This document shows, piece by piece, positions 24,601 through 38,800 of a stretch of 56,856 nt of DNA. Location: positions 1 to 56,856 of the forward strand of contig NW_021833610.1 in the NCBI RefSeq assembly GCF_006345805.1. The letters run 5' to 3'. Made by a program: the position numbers and the translations under genes. Source of the DNA: Octopus sinensis. Its lineage: Eukaryota. The first letter of the stretch is position 1. Every line of letters begins with the position of its first letter. The notes beneath the pieces are model-generated. The model had not been told where the DNA came from. It saw nothing but the letters and a program-made list of their open reading frames with translations, and did no database searches.

Positions 24601-27600
24601 TGGAGGCTTTTATTGGTGCTGTTAATGATGACATCAACCTACAAAAGTAATTAATGGTAAACAACTAAGGAACATTCCGTAGAGAGAAAAGAGATACATT
24701 GTTGCAGTTGATATTGTTGTTAAGTAAGGCTCTACAGAATGGCTGTAGTAAGTTTGCGGTTGTTAAAGTTAGCAAAAGATTTACTCAAGATATCAGATGT
24801 GAAGGAAATAAAATGTTTGAGTTAGATTGAGAAAAGGTTTTAATTAACTGGAAATGATTCCTCATTTGCAAATGAAATAACAATTAAATATAAATATGTT
24901 ACGTGAATCTATTTACTCACAGATGCATTAGAAATTGAACCAATCATTAGTTGTATTTTGATGCCAGCATTTTCTCCGGATGCCACATTAGTTCTGGGTG
25001 TCATAGGGGCTGCTTTCTGTTGTGGACCAAGAAGGGAAGCGTTGAATGATGTGGTTCCTGAAAATAAACAATTAAACATTTTTCTCTCTCTCTTAAAAGA
25101 ACTACTTTATTCCATATAAATAGTAATGATATTCGTTTCTGAAAATAGGATTTAGCAAGAGAATACATGCTAACTTGTAGTCACCCCCCCCCCACACACC
25201 TTTTATATAGCGACAAGGCTATATAACGTTATTTCCATCTATTTCTTCTACCACATGGACTAAAAATACATTGAAGAACATACTTGAAACTTTCAAAGTC
25301 TGAAAACAGTGAAACTGGTTAGTAAAATGTGATCTTCCACCTCTTATGAAACGTTTTTGCTTAAAACATTTATTAAAACAGGCTTCAGATGGTGTAGATT
25401 CCAGTAAGTTGGGAATTTGGTGTGAAAAAAATGTTTTTGAGAGAATGAAGAGAGGAGTTTCAGAAAATTCACATAAACTCAAATTCGTTTCCTCATAACT
25501 TTTGGGAAAATGGTTATTTTTAAATGAAAATTTCCACAAATACCTTTAAGAGTGTGTATATCACGATAATAAAAGAATTTAATATGAAAATAAAAATTGC
25601 AGACATAAATACTGATACATGTCAGATATTTGTTTTGAGACCTTTTTTTATTTTTTACCTCAAATTCCAGTAGAATTGGAATTTATACCATCTGAAGCAT
25701 ATTCATAAAAAATTTCATTAAAAAATATGCTTTTCTTTAAATTTTAAGGAAAGGAATTCATTGCAACACACATGTATAGGCATGGTGCAGGTAATGTTCA
25801 GGCTAGTTGCTATATATCATTGCACATGTGTGACCAGAAGTCCATAATAAACATGTAGTCTTTAAAATTTTAGTGAAGGATATATATATATATATATTTT
25901 TTTTTTCTAGTTTCAGCTCAGAGCTGCGGTCATGCTGATGCACCGCCGTTTTGTGCTACACTGTTATTACGACGAACCTCGTCTAATATGTGGCACTTGG
26001 TGAAGAATGGAGTTTGATATAGCTACTCTCATTTGCACCTCTTGCCGTGAGGTAGGCTCATCTGGGACTCTTGACAGGAAGATGTCCAGCTTTGATTTAA
26101 AAACTGCTACATCTACTTTGTGCAAGTTCCTCAGACTCTTTGGGAGAATATTAAAAAGCTGTGGGCTCTTGAAACCCAGGCTGTTGCAGAAGCTGGTCCT
26201 GAAGCGTGATGACATTGCTGGGATCTTTGGCACTATGCAGTGTCATCCCGTTCTAGCATTGGTGTAGCTTACAATGCCAAAATTTGGTACCATTCCTTCC
26301 AGGATCTTCCAGACATATATTACTGCATACCTGTCCCATCTTCTCTCCAGGGAGTACAGTCTTAGCTGTTTCAACCTTTCCCAGTAGCTGAGCTGTTGCA
26401 AAGAGACGATCTTCTTTGTGAATCTTCTCTGGATTGCTTCAAATTCCGCTGTTAATTTTACACTGGTGGGTGACCATAGCTGTGAGCAGTAATCCAGGCA
26501 GCTGAGGGCGAATGTCCGCCAGAGGACCATCATGGTTTCTTTATCTATGATTCTGAATGTTCTTAGGATCCACCCAGCCAGTTGTCTGCACTTTGTCGCC
26601 ATCCTGGTAATGTGCACTTGGAAAGAGGTATCATCATTCATGTCGATACCCAGGTCCCTCACAGACTTAGGCTCTGGGATTGAAATTCCCTGTGGACCAG
26701 TGTATCCTGTAAGTTTAATATTCAGTTTTGGATGCTGGTAGCGCAGGGCCTGGAAATTTTCAGCATTAAACTGCATATTATTATCCTCAGCCCATCTGTA
26801 GATTGAGTCCAACTCCTGCTGCAGGTGTGCAACATCGCTGGGGTTCTGTATTTTCTGCAAGACTTTCGTATCGTCTGCATAGCCGGGCATTTGAGGGCAT
26901 ATCTGAGAGGGCCACTATAAAAAGCAGTGGTCCCAAGACAGTGCCCTGTGGAACACCGCTCACTATTTGTGTGTTCATAGAGGTGGCTCCATTAACCACT
27001 ACTGCCTGACTCCTATCTTTCAGGAAGTCATGTAACCACACTCCTAGTTTTCCAGCTATGCCGAGGTGATGTAGTTTGTGGCATATCATACCATGATCCA
27101 ACTTGTCAAAAGCTTTTGCAAAATCAAGGTAGATTACGTCTACATTTGATTTGTTGAGTAACTGCCTCAACACCCAGTCATAATGCTGTAAGAGCTGGGT
27201 CAGGCAGCTCCTACCTGGTCGAAAACCATGCTGGGAATCACTCAGCAAGTTATTTTCCTCAAGGAATGCGATTAGTTTCTTTCTGACTATCCTTTCCATG
27301 ACTTTGCTGATGTGTGAAGTCAGAGAGATAGGCCTATAGTTTTTGGCATCTGCTCTACTTCCCCCTTTATGTATTGGGCATATTATTCCCTCCTTCAGCT
27401 TGCTTGGCAGTGTGCCATTCGCAAGAAAGCTCTGGAAAAGAATCTTGAGGGATTTTGCCAGGGCATGCTTACACGCTTTGAGGAGGATGGCTGGGAAACC
27501 ATCTGGACCAGCAGCTGAGTTTGTGTCCACTTCATCTATGGCTAGTAGGACATCTTTTTCGCTAATGTCAATACATTCTATTGTAACCGCCTCGCTGGTT

Positions 27601-27900
27601 ATAGGTGAGGTGGCAAAGAAGTCCCCTGGTTCATTCACTTGTCTGTGTTCCAACGGGGTGGTAAAGACCCTTTTGAACTGGTCATTCAGCATCTCACTGA
27701 TCTTAGTTGGACTGTCTGTGAGGGAGCCATCCTTTTGGAGGAGGGGTCCTATCTTGTAGTGCAGTGAGACTGTTTCTTTCGCGTAATGAAAGAAGGCCTT
27801 TGGGTTTGATTTAATGTTTTTTATAACCCAGGCCTCTTTGTCTGCTTTCTTCTTCACATAGGATTGTTGCAGCCTTTTTTCGATGTCCATCAGTGTTGTT

Positions 27901-27937
<37 letters not shown>

Positions 27938-30900
27938 ATATGGTGCATTTTAAACCTTTTTTGTAATTTTTCTTTCATGTATATATCACTCATATGGCAG
28001 TGTTGTCTGCATCACATGACTCAGGCTGATGGTCATGTGATAAGTAATTTGTAACAGGGTAACCTGTTCAAGGAAAGAAACTTGGTTATTCAGTTGAAGA
28101 AGGCTTCCAGAGCTAAATGGCCTCTCGTAAATACTTTAGAGCCAGCCAACTCTATAACTCTTGGTTCAACATTATTGGACGTAAGAAAATAAAACAGTTA
28201 TTACAAGAAATTTCTCTTTAAAGAATGATTAGTAGAAAATGTAAGTCATCATAATCATCGTCATTTAACATCCACTTTCCATGCTGGCATGGGTTGGACA
28301 GTTTGACTGAAAGTGATAGGCTGGAGAGCTGCACCAGGTTTCAGTCAGATTTGACACAATTTCTACAACTGGATGCCTTTCCATATGCCAACCACTCCAA
28401 GAGTGAAATGGGTGCTTTTTATGTGACACCAGCATCGTCTATGATTTCATTTGGTTTGATGAGTCTTCTCAAGCATGGTAAATTGCCAGAGGTCTCAGCA
28501 ACTTATCATCTCTGTGTGGACCAAAGTTTGTAAGGTACTTTTTGTGTAACACTGGCATAAGCCACAACTACAATTTCACTTGGCTTGATGGCTCTTCTTA
28601 AGCACAGAATATTGCCAAAGATCTTAGTCACTAGTCATAACCTCCATGAAGCTCAATGTTCGAGGATCGTGCTTCACCACCTCATCCCTTGTCTATTTTG
28701 GGTCTATCTCTTCCACATGTCCCCTCCAAAGTGCAGTCTTCTCTCTTGCACACCACATCTGATGCCTCTTGTGCACCATTTTTCTTTCCAGATGCTTACA
28801 CTCTGCCATACATGCACACTGACATTGCACATCCAGTGAAGCAGACTGCCTTTATTTCTTTCAAGCATTTACATGTCCTCTGCAGCCACAGCCCATGTTT
28901 CACTGCCGTATAGCATGGCTGTTTGCAAACAGGTATCATACAGTCTACCTTTCACTCTGAGGGAGAGGCCCATCATTATCAACAACGGTAAAAGCTCTCT
29001 GAACTTTGCCCAACCTAATCTTATTCTTACAGCTATGCACTTGGAGCATCCACTTCCACTACTAATTTGTTCACCTAGATAGCAGAAGCTGTCAACTACT
29101 TCTAGGTCTCCTTCACAGGCATTTGATGGAGTTTATTTTCTGTACATTTCTAGTGCTTATTGTACCTACAAACAACAACAATCTTCCTGGTTAACCTTCC
29201 TTTGATATTGCTGCACCTTTTATGTGTCCATAGCTTGCACTGGGTTCATCTTATGGAGTTTCTACCTACACCTTTTCTGCAGATCAAGCAGGGCAGTCTA
29301 CCTGAAGGGATTTGTGATTTGTCAACTTTCCTACTTGCTAAAACTTTGGTTTTTTCTAGATCAACTCTAACGCCCTTCGATTCTAGACCTTGCTTCAATG
29401 CCTGAAACTTCTTTAGTTCTGGTAGTCAATCAGCTATTAGAGGAAAGTCATCAGCTTAGAGGAGCTCCTGGGGACAGCCTATCTTGATTTCCTCAGTTAC
29501 TGATGAATAAGAGGGGGCTGAGGTGAACCTCTACTTCTACCTGGAATTTTTCACTATACTTGTTGCCAACCTTTAACTTGCTGACAGCATCCCTGTACAT
29601 GGCTTGAACAGCTCTCACCAACTACTCATTTATCCCTAGTTTCTGCAGTGACCTCCAGATAAGGGATTGGGGGACTCTGTCAAAAGCTTTCTTTATGTCA
29701 ATGAAGGCCAAGTACAGAGGTCTACCTTTGGCTAGGTACAGAGGTTTATTTCCCGCAGCTGTCTTACCAGAAATATAACGTCAGTGGTGCTACTCCCTGG
29801 CACAAACCCAAACTGCATCTCGTCTAAACTAACTCTCTCCCTAGTTATTTGGGCTATGACCCTCTCCATGACTTTCATCACCTGATCCAACAATTTGCTA
29901 ACTCTCCAATGTCTGTTTTTTGTGGGGGTGGGGACACTTTATACCTTCATATTAATTAGAATATGAACAATAGTCATGTTTACAATGTATCAGATAAATA
30001 ATTATAATCATCCTTTGTTAAGGAATCACAGAGTGAGACAAGAGTATTTTATCAACAGCTATAAATTAAACATCATCATCATCCTTGTTTTCACATCCAT
30101 TGTTCCCTGCTTGCATGGGTCAGATTAGTTTATTGAGGCAGACTTTCTATAGCTGGATGCTCTTCCTGATGCTGACCCTCGCCTGTTTCCAAGCAAGGTA
30201 ATATTTTCCCCTGGCCAGACGTGGTTTCCACAGAAGACAGGAAACAAACAACCTCACTTGTATGCTGGGGATGCTCGTTTACAGCCATCACATGATGTCA
30301 AGACGAGTACAAACACACACACACACACACAATACATATATGAGGGGCTCTTGTATCAGTTTCTATCTTCTAAACCAGTTGACAAGACTTTGGTCAGCTC
30401 AGGGCCATATTAGAAGATATTTTCTTGAGTTGCCTTACATTGGGAATCAACATGGTTAGAAATGAAGCTTTTTAACCACAAATCCATGGCTGTGTCCATA
30501 AACCAATAATAGGAATCAGATAAAAGTTGACTGAACGAAGAAAAATCTTAATTAACACCTGAAATAAATCAAAATTTTCTCTAAAATATCAAATAAATAA
30601 CAAGTCCTACCTCTGCTTTTACTGATTCCAAACACCATTTCTAGATGAAGCTTAAAAGCTCTGATTACTTCCTTCTGTACATCAATCAAACAAATATGTT
30701 TTATTTTAGAATTTGAGTAAGCATCAAGATAATTCTTTATAGTTGTTACTATACATTCAGTTCCTTCTTCTATGGGTATACCAAAAGTACCTGTAATAAA
30801 TAAAGTATACAACATATTTAATCCAACAAATGTTCTTACTCAAAATATATATAATTAACTTGTGATATAATTTCAGTAATTTATCGGCTGCAATGCCAAG

Positions 30901-32824
30901 AAACAATACAGTTCCATCATTTAGAAGATCCTTTTATAGACAGGGGGGAACTTTCTAGGTGCAATACCATGGCCATTGATGACCGAGGTGGGGTGGGGGT
31001 GGGTCTTTAGCCCCCATTAATATACAATAGTATTTAATAAGAACTAACTTTGTTTCTCCCTTGTTGAACACATTTCTTTTCTTTCTTCTTTGTTCAGTTA
31101 AATAATAATAATAATAATGATAATAATAATAATAACAATAATAATAATAATAATAATAATCGTTTTAATGTTTCCTTTTCCATGTTTCAGGTGGAATTGG
31201 TTGAGGCAAATTTTTCTATGTCTAGGTGACATTCCTATCACCCACCCCTACACCAAGGAAGCTAATATTGCCCCATGGCCAGACATGTTTTTATTGTAGA
31301 CTGGAAACGGATGACACTGCTTGTATGATGGTGATCCTTGTTTACAAATATCATGTGATTAAAAGACAAACAGGTACTAACACAGTCACACACACACACA
31401 CAGCCATATATTTATATATCATCATCATTATCATCATCGTTTAGCGTCCGTTTTCCATGCTAGCATGGGTTGGACGGTTCAACTGGGGTCTGTGAAGCCG
31501 GAAGGCTTCATCAGGCCTAGTCAGATCTGGCAGTGTCTCTACGGCTGGATGCCCTTCCTAACGCCAACCACTCCGTGAGTGTAGTGAGTGATTTTTACGT
31601 GCCACCCACACAGGTGCCAGACAGAGCTGGAAAACGGCCACGAACGGATGGTGCTTTTTATGTGCCACCGGCACGGGGGCCAGGCGAGGCTGGCAACGGA
31701 CACGAATGGATGGTGCTATATATATATATATATACAAAATAAGGAAATGGAGAAATACATCTTAATCAATAATCAACTACCAGATAATACCCAATCAATT
31801 AAGTTATCCTTGACAAATACCTACCGACTATACGTAAGAAGATTAAGCTTAGCCTTTGGAAAAATACTCAGGGTGCATTAGATTGGTTCTCTACCATTAA
31901 GGTTAGTAATAATAGTAGCAATAAATTTATCCAATTGGATATACAAAATTACTACTCCTCCATTAACCCTATTATATTAAATCAGGCTTTAATTTTTGCT
32001 AGGAGACACACCAACTTAAGTATGGGGGAGGTAAAGGTTATCTTAACAGCTAGAAAAACATTAATCGAATTTGACAACAAATTATGGGCTAGAAAAGACA
32101 CTCCTGATTTATTTGACATCACCATGGGTTCGCCGGATTCAGCGGAAGTGATGGATTTGGTAGGGATGTATTTACTCGATAACCTAAATCGGGAATTCCC
32201 TGAATTAAAGGGCGGCCTATATAGAGACAATGCTTTGTTTCTAATTAAAAACACATCTAATAGAAGGCTAGATTTACTGAAAAAACGACTGCATAAAGTT
32301 TTGGCTTATCTATAATTATTGAAAACGAAAATTACTCTGTCAATTATTTAGATGTCAATTGCAACCTTACTAATGGGATACATGAACCTTATATTAAACC
32401 TAATTCTAACTTAGTATATATAAACTACTCTAGCAATCACCCCCGTCAAATTAAAAAGTCACTGGTACATAGCATTAGTCAAAGAATCTCTTATCTATCC
32501 TCAAACTGGGACATATTTAATAAGCATTGTGAAAGATATAATACGGCATTGCTTAATGCAGGCTACACAAGTAAAATTAGGTATATACCCAATAATAATC
32601 TTTCGAATCAAGGTGGATCTATTACTACTAACATAAATGAATTCCAAATTGACAATAGTAACTGTAGAATAAAGAACAATGGCAATAATGCTAGTTTTGG
32701 TACTTTTAGAGCTGTTGACCTTAGTTTAAATAACTTAGCGCACAATATTGATATTAATAATACAAATAATAATATGAACAATAGTCATGATATTATATAT
32801 GATAATAGAAAAATTTATTTACGC

Positions 32825-32873
<49 letters not shown>

Positions 32874-35800
32874 GCAACAATAATGATAAAACTAATTTTA
32901 ACAATAATTTTGGTCATAATCATGGCAATATTAAACAGAGGGCATATGGGATGGAAGAGGAACAGGGTTTTTACCGACAATAAGAATTTGATAGGTAACC
33001 CACATAGTGATAATGATGCACTATGGCTAATAATCCCATATGCAATGCAGATTAAAACAGATATAGTTATAATAATCCATAATTTATTGTATAAGCACTT
33101 TGTGAAGGGTAAGAATAAATTTGGTCAAATAATTAACAATAAAACTATTAGAATAGGGTATAGCCTTACGCACAATTTAGCCACCATCATTTCCTCCTTT
33201 AATAATAGAAAATTAGACCGCTTCTATAGTGATAGAAAGATAAATTTGGGTAGCAGAAATTTGCCTCTCCATAACCGGGGAGGTAAAAAAATCTAATAGT
33301 ACGAACGTGAGCAACCCTCATGTTGGTTATAATAGTACTACCCCTGTAGCGATAAATGTTAATTCAATGGATGATACTACTATTCACAATAGTAATCCTA
33401 ATGATATGAATACCACTAATAATGTTAAACATGGACTCCCATTAAATATAGGATTAAGTAGTGGGAATGTGTGTAACACTATTAATAATAATAGGGATGC
33501 GGTGAATTGTGGCAGGGTTAAATTTCCTCAATCTGATAGGAGCTGCAATTGCAGAAACGGAGATAAATGTGTGTTTAGTAATGAATGCCTGAGGAAAGAG
33601 GTGGTTTATCACTGCATTGTGAATACACAACATGATAGGAGGGTTTACATTGGTGCAAATAAAAATAGTATGAAACAAAGACTAAACTATCATAGACACA
33701 CATTTAGAAATAAAAATAGGATGAATTCTACGGGGTTAAGTACTTATATTTGGGAACTTAAGAGCAAGAATATAGATTTTGACTTAAATTGGAAAATAAG
33801 CACTTCCGCACCAGTATATAGTAATAGAAATAAAAAATGCTCTTTATGTATCAATGAAATTTTCTTCATCATCAAAGCTGGCCTACCCATTATTAATAAT
33901 ATTAATGAGCGAAATTTTTTTGCCTTCACAGACTAGCATATACCTTCTCTAGATTTAAATAACACCTAGTTTTTCTACCAGTAATTTTTTATAACATTTT
34001 TTTATATGGGATTGCGCTCTTGGACATTATAATTTATAATTTTTTATCTCCATATATGTGTTCTGCATTGATTGTTTTTGTCTCGGCACCAAATACTGTG
34101 TTATTTACCGTGAGAGGATGTCTCATATGGATGTCTGGTGCATCAAAGCACTCATATATTGTTGGCAGACAAGACTCGTCTGCTTGGGTGCTAGGACTGC
34201 CACACACTCACACAACAACAACAAATACTGTACTTCTAGAATGTCAGCTGTGCCACAACAGGCCTCTTTTCAATTCCCGTCCACCAAATCCACTGAGAAG
34301 TTTGGGCCGAACCCAGGTCTATAATGAATGACTTGCCCAAAATACCTTGCTAGGGAACTGAACCAGAAATCATGTGGAACGTCAACCTTTTAACCATAAC
34401 CAACCACATCTTCTACAATAATATATATATATAATATCATCATTGTCATCATTTCACCTGTTTTTGATGCTGGCAAGGCCGGAGAGCTGTCCAAGTACCA
34501 ATTTTCTCTTTTGGTATAGTTTCTATGGCTGGATTCCCTTCCTTTCCAGAATGCCAACCACTTTAGAGAATGCACTGGGTGCTTTTTCTGGGACACTGTC
34601 ACAGGAGCTGGTGCCACGTAAAAAGTGGGGTTGCCAAGTTACTTGCAAGACAAAGACTTTTAGTTGAGACGGGGAGTGAAACCAAGGGAAGTGGATGGAT
34701 GCCAGAGGAGATGTTAGAGCATGAGAGAGGGACAGGATAGTTGCCTTGCTATACACTAAATAGTGTAATTACTCTTTCTGTGCCAATTAATTTGAACAGA
34801 AACAAAATGGTAAATTCTTACCTGTACTGAGTGCAGGAATTGCAATTGATGTATAAGACTTTTCTTCAAGACCTGCCAAACAATTTCGAACAGCTCTTGA
34901 AAGGTGAAAAATTTCCTCAGTTTGTCCATCATTCCAAATGGGTCCAACAGCATGAATGATAGCCTTGCATTTGAGTTTACCAGCTTTAGTTGACACTACC
35001 TCTCCAGGTGTTAGTTCACTCTTTCTTTCTTTCATAATTCTGTTAGATTCAGCTTGAATTCCAAACCCACCTGCAAAGATATTTGCATTCTTATGTTCCT
35101 GTTTAATACATGTTAACATATGTTAATATGTGTAATATATTAATATATTATTTCAATACCTCAGTGAAAAAATACGAATCGCAGAAGATGCTCAGATAAG
35201 AAGTTTTGTCTTTTCAACCTCGTCGCTTACTCTTCTATTTCTGCACAAATCATAAACCCCTTGTTAGTTCTTTTCATTATTCTGCCTATTTCATTACCAT
35301 GTAGACATGTAAATATAGTTTCAATAGTTTCGTCTTCCCTGTTTTTGCCTTTAAGATAACCTTAGCTCAAGCAATTCCTTAACCGCAACATATTCATTCA
35401 TTCATCTATGAAAGTCTATCACACAGTCACTATTTCTCTAATTTTGTCTTAGACTGGCTCTCAGATTCTTCAGTTCTATTTTACTCTTATCAACATTTGC
35501 TGTCTCGTTAAATTAACTATGCCACACAAATCCCAAAAGAATATTTTTCTCCCTCGTGTTCTGAACATCTCTACCCACCCTCTCTCTCTGTCTTTGTCTC
35601 ACTCTCACTCTGGCTGTGTGTCTCTCTCTTTTTTGATTACCACTCGCCTCGCCAAGACTTCCTCCTCCTCCCCCAACACCACCACCCTATATATACTAGT
35701 GCACGCACTTGGATTCCCCTACTCGATTTTTTATACCACTGCCGAAAGAATATGTATCCAGAAGATGCTCTCGTCCAAATTTGCTAGTTTGCAAATGGAC

Positions 35801-38800
35801 AGAGATTTAGAGACATATTACTCAAATCCTTTGATGAAATAGAAGGGGATATAGCTCCACACGTTGTAGAAGACAACTGGAGGTTTCTACAGGACAAACT
35901 GCTGAGGGCCACTGACCAGATCTGTGGATGTTGCAAAGTCCCCTCTTGACCCAAAATTACATGGTGGTGGAACAATGTTGTTGACAGGGCTATTAGAGAA
36001 AAGAAACAGGCTTGGAAAGACTGGAAGAACGGTGGTAGCAGGGAAGTGTATCAGACTCCCAGAAGGGAAGATAGGAGGCATGTTTATTTAGTCAGAAGGG
36101 AAGCAGATAAGGAAAAATTTGCCAATGCTCTGCGCCGTGAGGATCAAAGACTTGAGGTATTTCGTGTTGCAAGACAGTGCATGAGAGAGAATCATGATGT
36201 TGTAGGAGAGAAATGTGTTCGCATGGATGATGGTTCTCTTGCACTAAACGAAGCGGCAAAGAGAGAGATTTGTAGATGCCACTATGAAAGGTTGCTGAAT
36301 AAAGAAAATGAATGGGAGAAAGAGGGTCTGCTGAATGTTGACCCCACAGAGCGACCAGATATCCGAGTTGACAGTACCTTGGTAGATAAAGCAATTAAGA
36401 ATATGAAGACCGGGAAAGCCACTGGCCCATCAGGAATCACTGCAGAAACGCTCAAAATATCTGGCAGTGTCAGCTATAGTCTAGTCAACTTTATAGGTAA
36501 CCTGGTGATACACGAAGGAGTCATACCCAATGACTGGTGTAGCAACACTATAGTCAACTGCTACAAAGGTAAAGGTGACGCTTTAGACACAAATAATTAC
36601 AGAGGTATCAAGCTGTTCGATCAGGTAATGAAGGTCATGGAGAGGGTCATAGCCCAACTAATTAGGGAGAAAGTCAGTTTAGATGAGATGCAGTTTGGGT
36701 TCATGCCAGGGAAAAGCACCACTGATGCTATATTTCTGGTAAGACAGCTGCAGAAGAAATACCTAGCCAAAGATAAACCTCTGTACCTGGCTTTTGTTGA
36801 GAAAGCCTTTGACAGGGTCCCCCGACCCCTTATCTGGTGGTCAATGAGTAACCTAGGGATGGATGAATGCTTAGTGAGAGCTGTGCAAGCCATGTACAAG
36901 GACGCTGTCAGTAAGGTGAGGGTTGGCAATGAGTACAGTGAAGAATTCTGGGTGGAGGTAGGGGTCCACCAAGGTTCAGTCCTCAGCCCCCTCCTATCTA
37001 TCATAGTTCCTCAGGCAATAACAGAGGAATTCAAGAGTGGATGCCCCTGGGAGCTCCTCTATGCTGACGACCTTGCTCTAATTGCTGAGTCAGTATCAGA
37101 ATTTGAGAAGTTTCAGGTGTGGAAACAAGGATTAGAATCGATGGGCCTCAGTCAACCTAGCTAAAACCAACGTCCTAATAAGTAGGAAGGCAGGCAAACC
37201 ACAAACCCCTTCAGGTAGATGGCCCTGCTCGATCTGTAGAAATGGCGTAGGTAGAAACTCTATAAGATGTACCCAGCATAAGCTATGGACACATAAGAGG
37301 TGCAACAATATCAAAAGAAGGCTAACTGGGAAGATAGTTTTTGTATGTGGCAGATGCTCAGGAGCAATAAACACTGAAAATGTGCAGAGAAGAACTTCTG
37401 CCACATTCCAGGGAGAAAAACTAGAAGTAGTTGATAGCTTCCATTACCTAGGTGACCAAGTCAGTAGCGGTGGGTAGGTATGCACTGAAAGTGTAGCTGC
37501 TAGAATAAGAATAGCCTGGGCAAAGTTCAGAGAACTCTTACCTCTGCTGGTGAGTAAAAGGTAGACTGTATGACGCATGTGTATCAACAGCCATGCTACT
37601 TGGCAGTGAAACATAGGCTATGACTGCTCACGATATGCGTAGGCTCGCAAGGAATAAAGCCAGTATGATCCGCTGGATGTGTAATGTCAGTGTGCATACT
37701 CGACAAAGTATGAGTACCTTGAGAGAAAAGTTGGACCTAAGAAGCATCAGATTGGGGTGCAAGAGAGATGACATAGTCATGTGGCGAGAATGGATGAGGA
37801 CAGCAGTGTGAAAAAGTGCCACACCCTAGCATTTGAGGGAACCTGTGGAAGAGGTAGACCCAGGAAGACCTGGTTCGAAGTGGTGAAGCATGACCTTCGA
37901 ACATTAGGCATCACCGAGGCAATGACTGGTGACCGAGACTTTTGGAAATATGCTGTGCTTTAGAAGACCTTGCAAGCCAAATGAGACCATAACTTTGCGT
38001 CCTATGCCAGGGGTGTAACCAGCCCACTTATGTGTACCTTTCCTTCTTTGGACACTAAACTCTGATTACAAAGACCTGTTGACGCAAGTGAAATCGAAAT
38101 CAATTTCGATGACTGGCAACCATGCTAGTGGAGCACTATGAGCACCATCCGAGAGTGATCGTTGCCAGAGCAGCTAACTGGCTTCCATGGTGGTGGCACA
38201 TAAAAAGCACCATTCGAGCGTGATTGTTACCAGCGTTGTCTTAATGGCACTTGTGCTGGTGCCATGTGAAAAAACATTTGAGTGAGGTCGTTGCGAGTGC
38301 CACTGGATTGGCACATAACAAACACCATTTGAGCGTGGCTGTTGCCAGTACTGCCTGAAGCTAACTGGGTTCCATGTCGGTGGCATATAAAAGCACCCAC
38401 TACACTCTCAGAGCGGTTGGCGTTAGGAAGGGCATCCAGATGTAGAACCTTTGCAAGATCAAGAATGGAGCCTGGTGCAGCCATCTGGTTTTCCAGTCCT
38501 CAGTCAAATTGTCCAACCCATGCTAGCATGGAAAGCGGATCTTAAACGATGATTATTATTATTTTTATTATAAATATATTTTGTTATATATATCAATATA
38601 TATATTACATTTTAATTCTATTTTACTTGTATACACACACACACACACACACGTATATGTATATATTTTTTTTCTTCACAAACCCTTTTGATTGGAATTC
38701 GACCCACTTCTTTTTTTTCGTTTCTTCTCTTCTTCCTTCCAAAATGAAAAGCTCTACTTTGTATTTTCTCCCTTCTGTATTCAGCCTTATGTGGCCAATA

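Noticed and set aside
25382-25698. 38-nt inverted repeat pair (25382-25419 and 25661-25698, 29 of 38 matching)
   Set aside because: Short and degenerate, probably a decayed MITE or foldback remnant; no target duplication or function can be supported.
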